This document shows positions 53,632 to 64,000 of a DNA stretch of 64,000 nucleotides, piece by piece (position 1 is the first letter of the stretch; each line of letters starts with the position of its first letter). Source of the stretch: Marinobacter sp. (GTDB lineage: Bacteria > Pseudomonadota > Gammaproteobacteria > Pseudomonadales > Oleiphilaceae); contig NZ_JAWVYN010000008.1 in the NCBI RefSeq assembly GCF_033722735.1, forward strand, positions 12,125 through 76,124. Direction: 5' to 3'. The translations under genes and the position numbers were made by a program. A model generated the notes under the pieces. The model had not been told where the DNA came from and searched no databases. It saw only the letters and a program-made list of their open reading frames with translations.

Positions 53632-54720
53632 ATGGTGAGTTCAGAATCGCAGGCAATGTTGCGTCGACGCATGGGCCGATGGTCCCTGGTGGCTACCCTG
53701 CTGGCCGTGGTGGTCGTGATGCTGGGGGCCTGGACCCGGTTGGTGGATGCCGGTCTGGGATGTCCGGATTGGCCCGGTTGTTATGGGTTTCTGACGGTGC
53801 CCCAGAGCGAGGCGCAGGTGGCGGTGGCCGAGGCCCGGTTTCCCGATGCACCGGTGGACGCCAGCAAGGGCTGGCCGGAAATGATCCACCGCTATGCCGC
53901 GGGCACGCTGGGCTTGGTGGTCTTTGGTCTGGCGGCCTTTGCAGTTTGCCACCGTCGTGAGGGCCTGCCCCTCAAGCTGCCCCTGTGCCTGGCCGGTTTG
54001 ATCGTGTTACAGGCCGCCTTCGGCATGTGGACGGTGACCCTGAAACTGTGGCCTCAAGTGGTGGCCCTACATCTCCTGGGCGGTTTCACCACCCTGAGTC
54101 TGCTGGCGCTGATGAGCTTCCGCCTGCTGGTCCCTCCAGCCCGGGTAAGGCCGGAAGCTGTCGCGGGATTGTCGCGCTTGCGGCCCTGGCTGTACGGGGG
54201 AATGGTGCTGGTGGTTATCCAGATTGCCCTGGGCGCCTGGACCGCCGCCAATTACGCGGCGGTGGCCTGTACCGAACTGCCCACTTGTCAGGGGCAGTGG
54301 TGGCCACCCATGGATTTTCGTCATGGCTTTGATATCACCCAGCACGTGGGCCCCAACTATCTGGGAGGACAGCTGACCGCGGAGGGCCGGGTGGCCATTC
54401 ATGTCACCCATCGCCTGGGGGCCCTGGTGGTACTCGCCTACTGGTCACTGTTATTGGCCCTGGTGTGGCGTCGCAGTGAACCGGGGCCAGTGAGAGGGGC
54501 GGCGTTACTCAGTGGTGCGGCACTGCTCAGCCAGATAGCCCTGGGGCTGGCCAACGTTGCGTTGCATCTGCCGCTGGCCATCGCGGTGGCTCACAATGCC
54601 CTGGGGGCGGGACTGCTGCTGACCATCATCCATTTGTTGTGGCGCGTGCATCACTGCCGCCACGTTGAAGGCCAATCCACAGAACAAGCCACGTTGATTA
54701 ACCGGGAGGCGACCGTATGA
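53632..54720 (+). CDS. Haem A synthase (COX15/CtaA)
   Basis: 362 aa, polytopic. Motifs GLGCPDWPGCYG and MIHRYAAGTLG, plus paired His-containing helices. Confidence 0.9.
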   Translation: MVSSESQAMLRRRMGRWSLVATLLAVVVVMLGAWTRLVDAGLGCPDWPGCYGFLTVPQSEAQVAVAEARFPDAPVDASKGWPEMIHRYAAGTLGLVVFGLAAFAVCHRREGLPLKLPLCLAGLIVLQAAFGMWTVTLKLWPQVVALHLLGGFTTLSLLALMSFRLLVPPARVRPEAVAGLSRLRPWLYGGMVLVVIQIALGAWTAANYAAVACTELPTCQGQWWPPMDFRHGFDITQHVGPNYLGGQLTAEGRVAIHVTHRLGALVVLAYWSLLLALVWRRSEPGPVRGAALLSGAALLSQIALGLANVALHLPLAIAVAHNALGAGLLLTIIHLLWRVHHCRHVEGQSTEQATLINREATV

Positions 54721-55637
54721 GCGAACAAGGCAAGGCGCTGGCAATCCAGGCCCCCTCGTCCCAGGGGGTGGACAAGCTGTCTTGGCGGGACTTCCTCGAG
54801 CTGACCAAGCCCCGGGTGGTGGCGCTGATGATCCTGACCTCGGTGATCGGTATGCTGCTGGCGACACCGGGGGTGCCGGGCTGGTCGGTGTTGCTGTTCG
54901 GCAACCTGGGCATAGCCCTGCTGGCCGGCGCCGCGGCCGTGGTCAACCACGTGGTGGACCAGAAAATCGACACGGTGATGGCCCGCACCCGCAAGCGCCC
55001 AGTGGCCACCGGGCGCATCGCCGCCACCGACGCCCTGCTGTTCGCCACCTCTCTGGCGCTGGCCGGGATGCTGGTGCTGGTGTGGCAGGTGAACCTGCTC
55101 ACTGCCTGGCTGACGCTGGCCTCCCTGGTGGGTTATGCCGGTGTCTACACCCTGTTCCTCAAGCGGGCCACGCCCCAGAACATCGTGATCGGCGGCCTGG
55201 CCGGCGCCATGCCGCCGCTGCTGGGTTGGACCTCGGTGACCGGTCAGGTGGACGGTCACGCGCTGCTGCTGGTGCTGATCATCTTTGCCTGGACGCCGCC
55301 CCATTTCTGGGCCCTGGCCATCCACCGCAAGGAAGAGTATGCCCAGGCCGGCATCCCCATGCTGCCGGTCACCCATGGCAATCGCTACACCGAGCTGCAC
55401 ATCCTGCTCTATACCCTGATGCTGCTGGCGGTCAGCCTGCTGCCCTTTGTCACCGGCATGTCCGGACCGATCTACCTGGTGGGGGCCACAGCACTGGGGG
55501 CGCGTTTCCTGTACTTTGCCGTCCGGCTGTGGCGGGGGGACGATCGCCGGGTGGCGCTCGCCACCTTCAAGTACTCCATCACTTACCTGATGGCGCTGTT
55601 TGTGGTATTGCTGGTGGATCATTTTGTCCGTTACTGA
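54717..55637 (+). CDS. cyoE: Protohaem IX farnesyltransferase (haem O synthase)
   Basis: 306 aa, UbiA-type motif NHVVDQKIDTVMARTRKRPVATG. The start overlaps the cox15 stop. Confidence 0.93.
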   Translation: MSEQGKALAIQAPSSQGVDKLSWRDFLELTKPRVVALMILTSVIGMLLATPGVPGWSVLLFGNLGIALLAGAAAVVNHVVDQKIDTVMARTRKRPVATGRIAATDALLFATSLALAGMLVLVWQVNLLTAWLTLASLVGYAGVYTLFLKRATPQNIVIGGLAGAMPPLLGWTSVTGQVDGHALLLVLIIFAWTPPHFWALAIHRKEEYAQAGIPMLPVTHGNRYTELHILLYTLMLLAVSLLPFVTGMSGPIYLVGATALGARFLYFAVRLWRGDDRRVALATFKYSITYLMALFVVLLVDHFVRY

Positions 55638-55667
55638 GTTCCGACCCCGAGTGACCCTGGAGACGCC

Positions 55668-56333
55668 ATGGCCCTGACGATCCGTAGCACCGTTTTTCTC
55701 CTGCTGCTGGTGGTAGTGCTGATTTTTGGCCTGGTGATTGGCCGCCAGGTGTATCAGTCCGGCGAAAGCGCCAGAGCGGTGCCGGCGCCGGAACTGAGTG
55801 AGCTGAACACCTTTGTCTACGATCAGGGGCGTGCGCTGGCCCAGTTCCAGCTGCTGGATGAGCGTGGCCGGCCCCGGACCCCGGCGGATCTCAAGGGACG
55901 CTGGACCTTTGCCTTCATCGGCTACACCTTCTGCCCGGACGTCTGCCCGGCCACCCTGTCCACCCTGCGCCAGGCGGCTGCCCTGCTCCCGCCCGAGGTG
56001 CCCCAGCCGGACTACCTGTTGATCTCTGCCGACCCGGAGCGGGATACGCCGCAACGGCTGGCCGAGTACCTCCGGTTCTTCGGCGAGGACTTTCACGGTC
56101 TCACCGGTGACATCGAGGAACTGCGGCGTTTGGCCACCAGCCTGAACGCGGTGTTCGTGCATCGGGAGGACGACGGGACCCGGCTGGTGGATCACAGTGC
56201 GCACCTGGCACTGATCAACCCCCAGGGCGAAATGACCGCGGTGATCCAGCCGCCCCACACCCCCCGGGACCTGGCCGAGGCGTACCAGCAGATCTACCAG
56301 TGGGCCCGGGCCAACCGGCCGGGCGCGGGGTAA
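55668..56333 (+). CDS. SCO1/SenC-family copper chaperone
   Basis: 221 aa with an N-terminal TM, the CxxxC motif FIGYTFCPDVCP and a downstream DHS His ligand region. Confidence 0.9.
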   Translation: MALTIRSTVFLLLLVVVLIFGLVIGRQVYQSGESARAVPAPELSELNTFVYDQGRALAQFQLLDERGRPRTPADLKGRWTFAFIGYTFCPDVCPATLSTLRQAAALLPPEVPQPDYLLISADPERDTPQRLAEYLRFFGEDFHGLTGDIEELRRLATSLNAVFVHREDDGTRLVDHSAHLALINPQGEMTAVIQPPHTPRDLAEAYQQIYQWARANRPGAG

Positions 56334-56429
56334 CGGGCGCCGGATTGTTCCACTGCGCATAACGTCGACTTTCCCCGCCCCATTCCAATCCGTAAACTGT
56401 GCCGCCAACCCCCTGTTGCGGAACCGTTT

Positions 56430-57656
56430 ATGCCAGCCATCCAACAAAGCTGTACCACCCCGCGGGAGCTGTTCTCGGTACTGGCGGCGGGTGCCACCCT
56501 GTTGCTGGTGGTGCATTCCCTGGGCCGCTTCATCTACACACCCCTGTTGCCCTACCTGATTGGCGATGGCCAGATCGATCCCCAGCAGGGCGCGAGCATT
56601 GCCACCTGGAACTACCTGGGCTACCTGATGGGGGCGATGCTGGCCATTCGCTGGCACCGCATCGACCACATCCGCTGGCTGTTGCCGCTGTCTCTGACTG
56701 TCCATGTGCTGACCACCCTGCTGCAGACCCAGCTCGATGATGCCACCGCCCTGGCCGCTGCCCGCTGGATCAACGGCGTCGCCAACGGTGTGGTGTTCGT
56801 GCAGGCACCGGCACTGATCCTGGAATGGCTGGTGTGGCGCAACCGGGCCAGCCTGAGCGGCCTGGTGTACCTGGGGGTGGGGCTGGGTCTGCTGGTCTCC
56901 AGTGCCCTGGTGTCCCTCACGGTAGACTGGCTGGCTGGTGCCGATCGGTGGTGGCCGGCGGCCCTGCTGTCCGTCCCACTGGCCTGGTGGGGCACCGCCC
57001 GCCTGCTGCGACTGGAGGTCCCGGTTCGTGCCGAGCACGAGACCGGCCAGCATCCCCGGCCAACCGCCTTGTTGGACCGGGCCAGTGTGCCCCTGTTCCT
57101 GTCCTACGCCGGCGCGGGGCTCGGCTATATCCTGCCGATGACCTTCCTGCCCCTGCTGGCCACGATCCAGCTGCCACCGGGGCACTGGCTGGTGGACGGC
57201 GCCTGGCTGCTGGTGGCACTGGCAACCCTGCCGGCGCCGTTTATCTGGAACCATTTGGGCGCGAAATTCGGCGATCTGCCGGCAATACGAGCGAATTTCG
57301 GGATTCAGCTACTGGGTGTTCTGGCCGCGGTGGTCTGGCCGGGGCCGCTGGGTCTCGTGCTGTGCGCGGTGCTGGTGGGCGTTACCTTCGTGGGGACCGT
57401 GCTGCTTACCCAACGCATCGGACGAGCCCTGCACCCCCACCAGGGTCCGCGATTGTCGGCCGCCCTGGTGGCTCTCTATGGCTTCACCCAGATGGCCGGC
57501 CCCTGGCTCACCAAGCAGTGGCTGGATTTCGGCGGCACCCTCGACAGTGCCTTTTGGATCGGTGTGGTGGCGTTGCTGTGGGGGCTGGTGTTTAGCGGGC
57601 TGGTGCCCAGGCCGGAGCAGTGGCATGCGCGGAGGACTGCGGGGGCTGAGGAATGA
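56430..57656 (+). CDS. MFS transporter, YbfB/YjiJ-like
   Basis: 408 aa, 12 TM: HSLGRFIYTPLLPYLIGDGQI..ASIATWNYLGYLMGA, the pattern I recall for this subfamily. Confidence 0.7.
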   Translation: MPAIQQSCTTPRELFSVLAAGATLLLVVHSLGRFIYTPLLPYLIGDGQIDPQQGASIATWNYLGYLMGAMLAIRWHRIDHIRWLLPLSLTVHVLTTLLQTQLDDATALAAARWINGVANGVVFVQAPALILEWLVWRNRASLSGLVYLGVGLGLLVSSALVSLTVDWLAGADRWWPAALLSVPLAWWGTARLLRLEVPVRAEHETGQHPRPTALLDRASVPLFLSYAGAGLGYILPMTFLPLLATIQLPPGHWLVDGAWLLVALATLPAPFIWNHLGAKFGDLPAIRANFGIQLLGVLAAVVWPGPLGLVLCAVLVGVTFVGTVLLTQRIGRALHPHQGPRLSAALVALYGFTQMAGPWLTKQWLDFGGTLDSAFWIGVVALLWGLVFSGLVPRPEQWHARRTAGAEE

Positions 57657-57676
57657 GTGCGGCTGGGGTCGCACGA

Positions 57677-57759
57677 ACTTGTTGAATCCCGCGTTTTATC
57701 GTTCGCTATTCCAACCGACATCATTAAAATCCGATGAGGCCACTTCGAGATCCAACAAG
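57677..57759. repeat. Long-range inverted repeat 1 in a low-GC spacer
   Basis: CTTGTTGAATC (57677..57687) pairs with GATCCAACAAG (57749..57759) at 10 of 11 positions. It encloses about 60 nt of AT-richer sequence. Confidence 0.5.
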
Positions 57760-57768
57760 GTGTGGGTA

Positions 57769-57840
57769 GGCAGTCTTTCTCATAACGGAGATGGTGTCTG
57801 AGCCTAGCGCGTTTAAAGCTCCGCTTTGAGAAAGACTGCC
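57769..57840. repeat. Long-range inverted repeat 2 (72-nt hairpin element)
   Basis: GGCAGTCTTTCTCA (57769..57782) and TGAGAAAGACTGCC (57827..57840) are perfect 14-bp complements. The stem is extended by CGGAG (57786..57790) pairing with CTCCG (57819..57823). Confidence 0.6.
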
Positions 57841-57879
57841 CGCCCGCGCCATGCACCAACACGACCAGTCCTACCAAAC

Positions 57880-60348
<2,469 letters not shown>

Positions 60349-60370
60349 CGGAGCAGCGATCCCGAGGGGA

Positions 60371-60607
60371 TTACACCCGGATATCGATCTGGCTGCCCAG
60401 GTTGGGGTTGGCGCTGGTCGCGGTCGCCGGGGTGCTGGCCGTCACGCTGTCGAGCAGCTGCAGGACCCCATTGGCCGCCATGTCCTGGGCCGTCTTGAGG
60501 GTGCTGATCTGCACCTGCTGCTGCAGTTGCGCCTGACTGAGCTGGGTGCTGAAGCTGGCGAGAGAGGCTACGTCCACTGAGGATTCCCGGTTGAGGTGAC
60601 TGGGCAC
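60371..60607 (-). CDS. YjfB-family small protein ('putative motility protein' family)
   Basis: Contains ...LSQAQLQQQVQISTLKTAQDMAANGVLQLLDS...NPNLGSQIDIRV, matching the remembered family pattern. The true start is probably GTG 60577 (MDVASLAS...). Confidence 0.6.
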   Translation of the reverse strand: MPSHLNRESSVDVASLASFSTQLSQAQLQQQVQISTLKTAQDMAANGVLQLLDSVTASTPATATSANPNLGSQIDIRV

Positions 60608-60707
60608 TCCCCGGGAGGGGGAGCTGGTGTGGTTAAATTATCACCAGTTGGCCGGCTTTGGGAAGCGCCGGCTGCCAATGCTTGCACTCGGTAACATTTG
60701 CTTACAG

Positions 60708-61910
60708 TCACCGGCGTTGCCCGTCCGGCGGGCGTCGCAGGTCGAGGGTCAGGATCAGTGGCAGCACCAGCACACCGTAGGCCAGCATGACCGCCAGTGC
60801 ATGGCGGACATCGCCGGTCACATCGGCCAGCACGCCGCCCAGCATGGGAATGCCGAACGCCAGGGTGTAACCCACCAGGAAGTTGCCGGCGGACAGCCGG
60901 CCGGTTTCCGAGGCCGCCGCCAGCAGTGGCGGCAGCGCCACCAACAGGATCAGCAGGATGCCGGCGGTAAAACTCATCAGGGTGGCGCAGGCGATGGCCT
61001 GCCAACCCTCGAGCACCAGGGCCCCGCCAGTGGCGGCCAGGGACACCACCGCCATGACCAGGATCAGGCTGCGTCGCCCCACCCAACTGCGGGCCAGCTT
61101 CAGCATCACCAGTGAAGCCACCACCTGGGCCAGGTTGTAGCAGAACAGGGCGTCGGCCAGCATGTCCAGTTCACCCCGCTGGTCCAGCAGGGTGGCCAGA
61201 TAGGCGTTGAAGCCGAAAAACAGGGAACCGGACAACCCCAGTAACAGGCCGAGCTTCAGGGTTAGCGGATTGCGCCAGTCCGGTAGCCAGGCAGGGCGAC
61301 GGTCGGGCCGACCGTGGTCAACCCGGGGCAGGTACAGCGCCGCGGCCACCGCCAGGGCGGGCAGTGACCAGACCAGCAGCGTCAGCCGCCAGCTCTGGTC
61401 CACCAACGGCATGACCACCGGCAGGGTGATGCCGGCGCCTATGAACTCGCCGGTCAGCATGCCGTTCATGTAGAGGGCGCTGCCCAGGGCCAGGTGCTTC
61501 GGTTCCAGCCACCTTGGCAACAGGGCCGGCAGCGCCGGTTGCATCATCGCCACGCCCAGGCCCATGACCGCACTGGCCAGCAGCAGGCTGGCGGCATCCG
61601 GCACCAGGCCGCGGGCGGCGGAACCAATGGTCATGATCAACAGGGCCAGAGCCAGGGTGTGGCGGGGCCCGAGGCGGGAAATGGCCAGCGAGCCGGGCAT
61701 GGCGCCAACGGCCAGCATCAGGATGGGCAGGGTGGTCAGGGTGCCGGTCAGGGCCTGGCTCAGGGCGAGCTCGTCGGCAATGAACGGCGCCAGTGCGGGG
61801 GCCACCAGTATAGGGACCCGCAGGTAGGCCCCCGCGAGCCATAACAGGCCGGCGATGACGGCCAGCTGCAGTCGGGAGGGCTGACCGTCACCGGGTGGCT
61901 GCGGGGGCAC
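60708..61910 (-). CDS. MFS transporter, CynX/NimT-like
   Basis: 400 aa, 12 TM. GTG start 11 nt after the ectC-like stop, on the same strand. Confidence 0.75.
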   Translation of the reverse strand: MPPQPPGDGQPSRLQLAVIAGLLWLAGAYLRVPILVAPALAPFIADELALSQALTGTLTTLPILMLAVGAMPGSLAISRLGPRHTLALALLIMTIGSAARGLVPDAASLLLASAVMGLGVAMMQPALPALLPRWLEPKHLALGSALYMNGMLTGEFIGAGITLPVVMPLVDQSWRLTLLVWSLPALAVAAALYLPRVDHGRPDRRPAWLPDWRNPLTLKLGLLLGLSGSLFFGFNAYLATLLDQRGELDMLADALFCYNLAQVVASLVMLKLARSWVGRRSLILVMAVVSLAATGGALVLEGWQAIACATLMSFTAGILLILLVALPPLLAAASETGRLSAGNFLVGYTLAFGIPMLGGVLADVTGDVRHALAVMLAYGVLVLPLILTLDLRRPPDGQRR

Positions 61911-61921
61911 GGAGCGGAATC

Positions 61922-62314
61922 TCAGCCCTCGGGATCGGGCATGTAGGCGCCGTCCTCATCATGCACTTCGCGACCGGTGACCGGCGGGTTGAAGGCGCAG
62001 ATCAGGCGCATGTCCTCGGTACCACCCCGCAGGATGTGGCGGTCGTGGTTGTCGAGGGCGTACAGGGTGCCGTCGCTGATCTCATGGGTTTCGTCGGTGG
62101 CGAGGTCCGTAATGGTGCCGTTGCCGGCCACGCAGTACACCGCTTCCAGGTGGTGCTTGTACCACAGCTTCAGTTCGGCCCCGGCAGGGATGATGGTTTC
62201 ATGGAACGAGAAGCCCATGCCGTCTTTCTTCAGCAGCAGTCGACGGCTGGTCCAGCCCGGACCCTCCACTTCACGCTCGGTGCCGATGATGTCCTGTACC
62301 CGTACGATTTTCAT
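61922..62314 (-). CDS. ectC: Ectoine synthase-type cupin (EctC family), not flanked by ectA/ectB
   Basis: ATG at 62314 with GAGGGA upstream, 130 aa. Motifs [32 protein letters not shown] and [17 protein letters not shown] align closely with the remembered Halomonas EctC (YKHHFEAVYCIEGEG, DIYILDQHDEHLLRA, FTPGLTGNEVHREDGSY). Confidence 0.85.
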   Translation of the reverse strand: MKIVRVQDIIGTEREVEGPGWTSRRLLLKKDGMGFSFHETIIPAGAELKLWYKHHLEAVYCVAGNGTITDLATDETHEISDGTLYALDNHDRHILRGGTEDMRLICAFNPPVTGREVHDEDGAYMPDPEG

Positions 62315-62347
62315 AACATCCCTCAATTGGCTGTGACAGAGCCCTAC

Positions 62348-62378
62348 AGTATAAACATCCTAGACCACCCCGGTTCAA
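62348..62378 (-). promoter_or_regulatory. Candidate sigma-70 promoter for the ectC-MFS pair
   Basis: Minus strand TTGAAC-N19-TATACT (or N17-TTTATA), ending about 30 nt before the ATG. Confidence 0.35.
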
Positions 62379-62411
62379 ATCGGCGACAGCCGAAAAAAGG
62401 GCGTCGCCGAT
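62379..62411 (-). terminator. Hairpin downstream of the GTPase gene
   Basis: ATCGGCGAC-15 nt loop-GTCGCCGAT: a 9-bp perfect stem. On the minus strand it is followed by TTTG. Confidence 0.4.
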
Positions 62412-62502
62412 GGAGTACCCGATCGGCTCTGGCAGTCGGTCCCGTTAATCGGAGGCTCCTTAGCCACCCCATGGTCGGGCGTGAGCGTTTCCAGCCAGCG
62501 TC

Positions 62503-63933
62503 CTACCCCCGCGCCTGCCGCCACTGGCCATAGGTGTCGAGGGCCGCCTCCACGGCCATGGTCAGCCGGTGTCGCTGGTCGCTGCTCAGCGAGCACTGTT
62601 TGCGGCAGCGGGTAAACGCCCGCTGGATCTCGTGGCGATACTCCGGTTCCAGATCCTCCAGCCAGTGGCGGTCGGTGGGCTCGAGATCGAGCAGGTCCCG
62701 GCCGGCGTGATTGCGGTGGCTGACCTGCCACCAGTGGTCCACCGCTCGCCCCAGTACCACATAGCCGAACTGGCTGTCCTGCACCGGCCCGAAACTGGCG
62801 GTCTGCAGGCCGTGGCTGAGGGGGCCGATGCGCAAGACCGGCAGGGACAGTCGATCACCGTAGAAATAACTGCCGGCGGCGCCCAGCAGGCCACCGATCA
62901 GCGCCCCGGTGCCGAGGGAGGAGCCCAGGGCGATGGCATCGATCCCGGCGCCGCCAATGGCCCCTGCACCGAACCCGGCGGTGGCCAGGTAGGCCTTGCT
63001 GACCCCCCAGGTCTGGCGACTGGTCTCGCTGAACAGGTCGTGTTCGCTGTGCCAGGCCAGCTCCGCCTCCTGACGCTGGATGCGATGGTGCTGGTACAGC
63101 TGCTCGATGGCCAGGCGCAGGGACTGCTCCCGTTGACGCTGGTGCTGATACCAGCGCTGTCTCAGGTCCTCCGCCAGGGTTTCCCGGGAGGTGCCGGTCA
63201 GCTGGCCGGTGGTGAGGGTGCGTTTTTCCTGCCACCCCATCATGTCCTCCAGGGCGGTGGCGATAAGACGGGCGGCCTGCTCCTTGCGCTGCGCGCGCTG
63301 GTCGGACAGATGCATCACCGCCTGGTCGAGCACCGTCTCCCAGGCTGGCTCCAGCTGGCCAAACGCCTTGAGCAGGCTCAGGTGCTGGTTGAAGGGCGCG
63401 GTCACCGCGTTGAATTTGCGCACCACCTGGAAGAACTGGCCCAGGGCCTTGTGCCAGTCGTCGCTGTAGTCGTCGCAGCCAATGCTGTTGATCAGCGCCA
63501 GGCTGGGTTGCCCGGTCCAGCGCAGGATGGTCATTTCGCTTTCGTTTTCCGTGCTGTAGGGCACCGAACCGTCCACCACGTAGATGATGCCCGCCCCCTC
63601 GACCAGTGGGGTGAGCAGTTCGCACTCGTCGTGGAAGCGCGGCTCGTCCCGGTGCTGGCGGACAAAGGCCGCCACTGTCTCGGCCCGGTCCGAGGCCGAC
63701 AGGCTGTGAGCCTGCAGCCATTCGAGCACCTGTCGCGGCCGCTGGAAGCCAGGTGTGTCCACCAGGGTGTAGAGCACCTCGCCATCCACCCGCAGGGGGT
63801 ACGCCTGGCTGTGGCGGGTGGTGCCGGGTTCCAGGGCAATGGCGATGGCGTCGTTCTGGGACAACGTGGCGACCACACTGGACTTGCCCTTGTTGGGGTG
63901 GCCGACCACCGCAAACACCGGCGCCTCCGTCAT
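62503..63933 (-). CDS. Membrane-associated GTPase (GTPase + DUF3482-like C-terminal region)
   Basis: 476 aa with G1 GHPNKGKSS, G3 DTPGF, a coiled/charged middle, and a Gly-zipper hydrophobic segment GFGAGAIGGAGIDAIALGSSLGTGALIGGLLGAAG. Confidence 0.75.
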   Translation of the reverse strand: MTEAPVFAVVGHPNKGKSSVVATLSQNDAIAIALEPGTTRHSQAYPLRVDGEVLYTLVDTPGFQRPRQVLEWLQAHSLSASDRAETVAAFVRQHRDEPRFHDECELLTPLVEGAGIIYVVDGSVPYSTENESEMTILRWTGQPSLALINSIGCDDYSDDWHKALGQFFQVVRKFNAVTAPFNQHLSLLKAFGQLEPAWETVLDQAVMHLSDQRAQRKEQAARLIATALEDMMGWQEKRTLTTGQLTGTSRETLAEDLRQRWYQHQRQREQSLRLAIEQLYQHHRIQRQEAELAWHSEHDLFSETSRQTWGVSKAYLATAGFGAGAIGGAGIDAIALGSSLGTGALIGGLLGAAGSYFYGDRLSLPVLRIGPLSHGLQTASFGPVQDSQFGYVVLGRAVDHWWQVSHRNHAGRDLLDLEPTDRHWLEDLEPEYRHEIQRAFTRCRKQCSLSSDQRHRLTMAVEAALDTYGQWRQARG

Positions 63934-64000
63934 GACTGGCCCTCCACCGCCCGGTTGGCAAGGTCCGGGGTCTGATGAACGCTGACCTGCAGGCGGGGAT
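63930..64000 (-). CDS. 3' end of an upstream partner gene (possibly DUF2868-like); 5' part outside the window
   Basis: Hand translation of the minus strand gives ...PRLQVSVHQTPDLANRAVEGQS*. Its TGA overlaps the GTPase ATG (ATGA). The identity is inferred only from the usual pairing I recall. Confidence 0.35.
   Translation of the reverse strand, partial: PRLQVSVHQTPDLANRAVEGQS

Noticed and set aside
62855-63975. Alternative-frame ORFs of 368 aa (-) and 468 aa (+) over the GTPase gene.
   Set aside because: The frame giving GHPNKGKSS/DTPGF GTPase motifs is clearly the real one. The others are Arg/Pro/Gly-rich shadow frames.

Overview
GC-rich gammaproteobacterial chromosome segment centred on the replication-origin neighbourhood. 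It is almost entirely conserved housekeeping DNA. From memory, gene order closely follows the Pseudomonas-type layout. Blocks from left to right: (1) the tail of an IucA/IucC siderophore synthetase, an orphan family-3 solute-binding protein, ectoine hydroxylase ectD and an M48 protease. (2) An uncharacterised GldA/GldF-GldG-type ABC exporter module. (3) mnmE-yidC-yidD-rnpA-rpmH, a roughly 650-bp AT-rich spacer with DnaA boxes (putative oriC), then dnaA-dnaN-[ABC1 kinase]-recF-gyrB. (4) Two membrane/lipoprotein genes of unknown role, tRNA-Pro(CGG) and gmhB-glyS-glyQ. (5) trkA-rsmB-fmt-def, divergent from LysM(TsaP-like)-dprA-tsaC-hemF-aroE. (6) An isolated motA/motB-type stator pair, hsp20, a gamma-carbonic-anhydrase-like protein, prlC-yheV, an NhaC-type transporter, small unknowns (DUF1653-like, DoxX, hypothetical) and a MATE pump. 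(7) A complete aa3 cytochrome c oxidase biogenesis cluster: coxB-coxA-ctaG-coxC-(small TM protein)-surf1-unknown-cox15-cyoE-sco. (8) A YbfB-type MFS, hrpB, a yjfB-like gene, an ectC-like cupin co-oriented with a CynX-type MFS, and a GTPase/DUF3482-type gene overlapping a partner gene cut by the window end. I saw no CRISPR array, rRNA, transposase, integrase or phage genes. No classical defence or mobile island is evident. The most unusual items are: the interrupted dnaN-recF junction with a 0.5-kb non-coding spacer; a low-GC spacer with two long hairpins upstream of hrpB; the solitary ectC-MFS pair; the uncharacterised GTPase pair; the fused ABC-2/GldG exporter; and a second, divergent SCO-like CxxxC protein inside the cox cluster. 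All functional names come from reading the translated ORFs against remembered family motifs. No database search was run.
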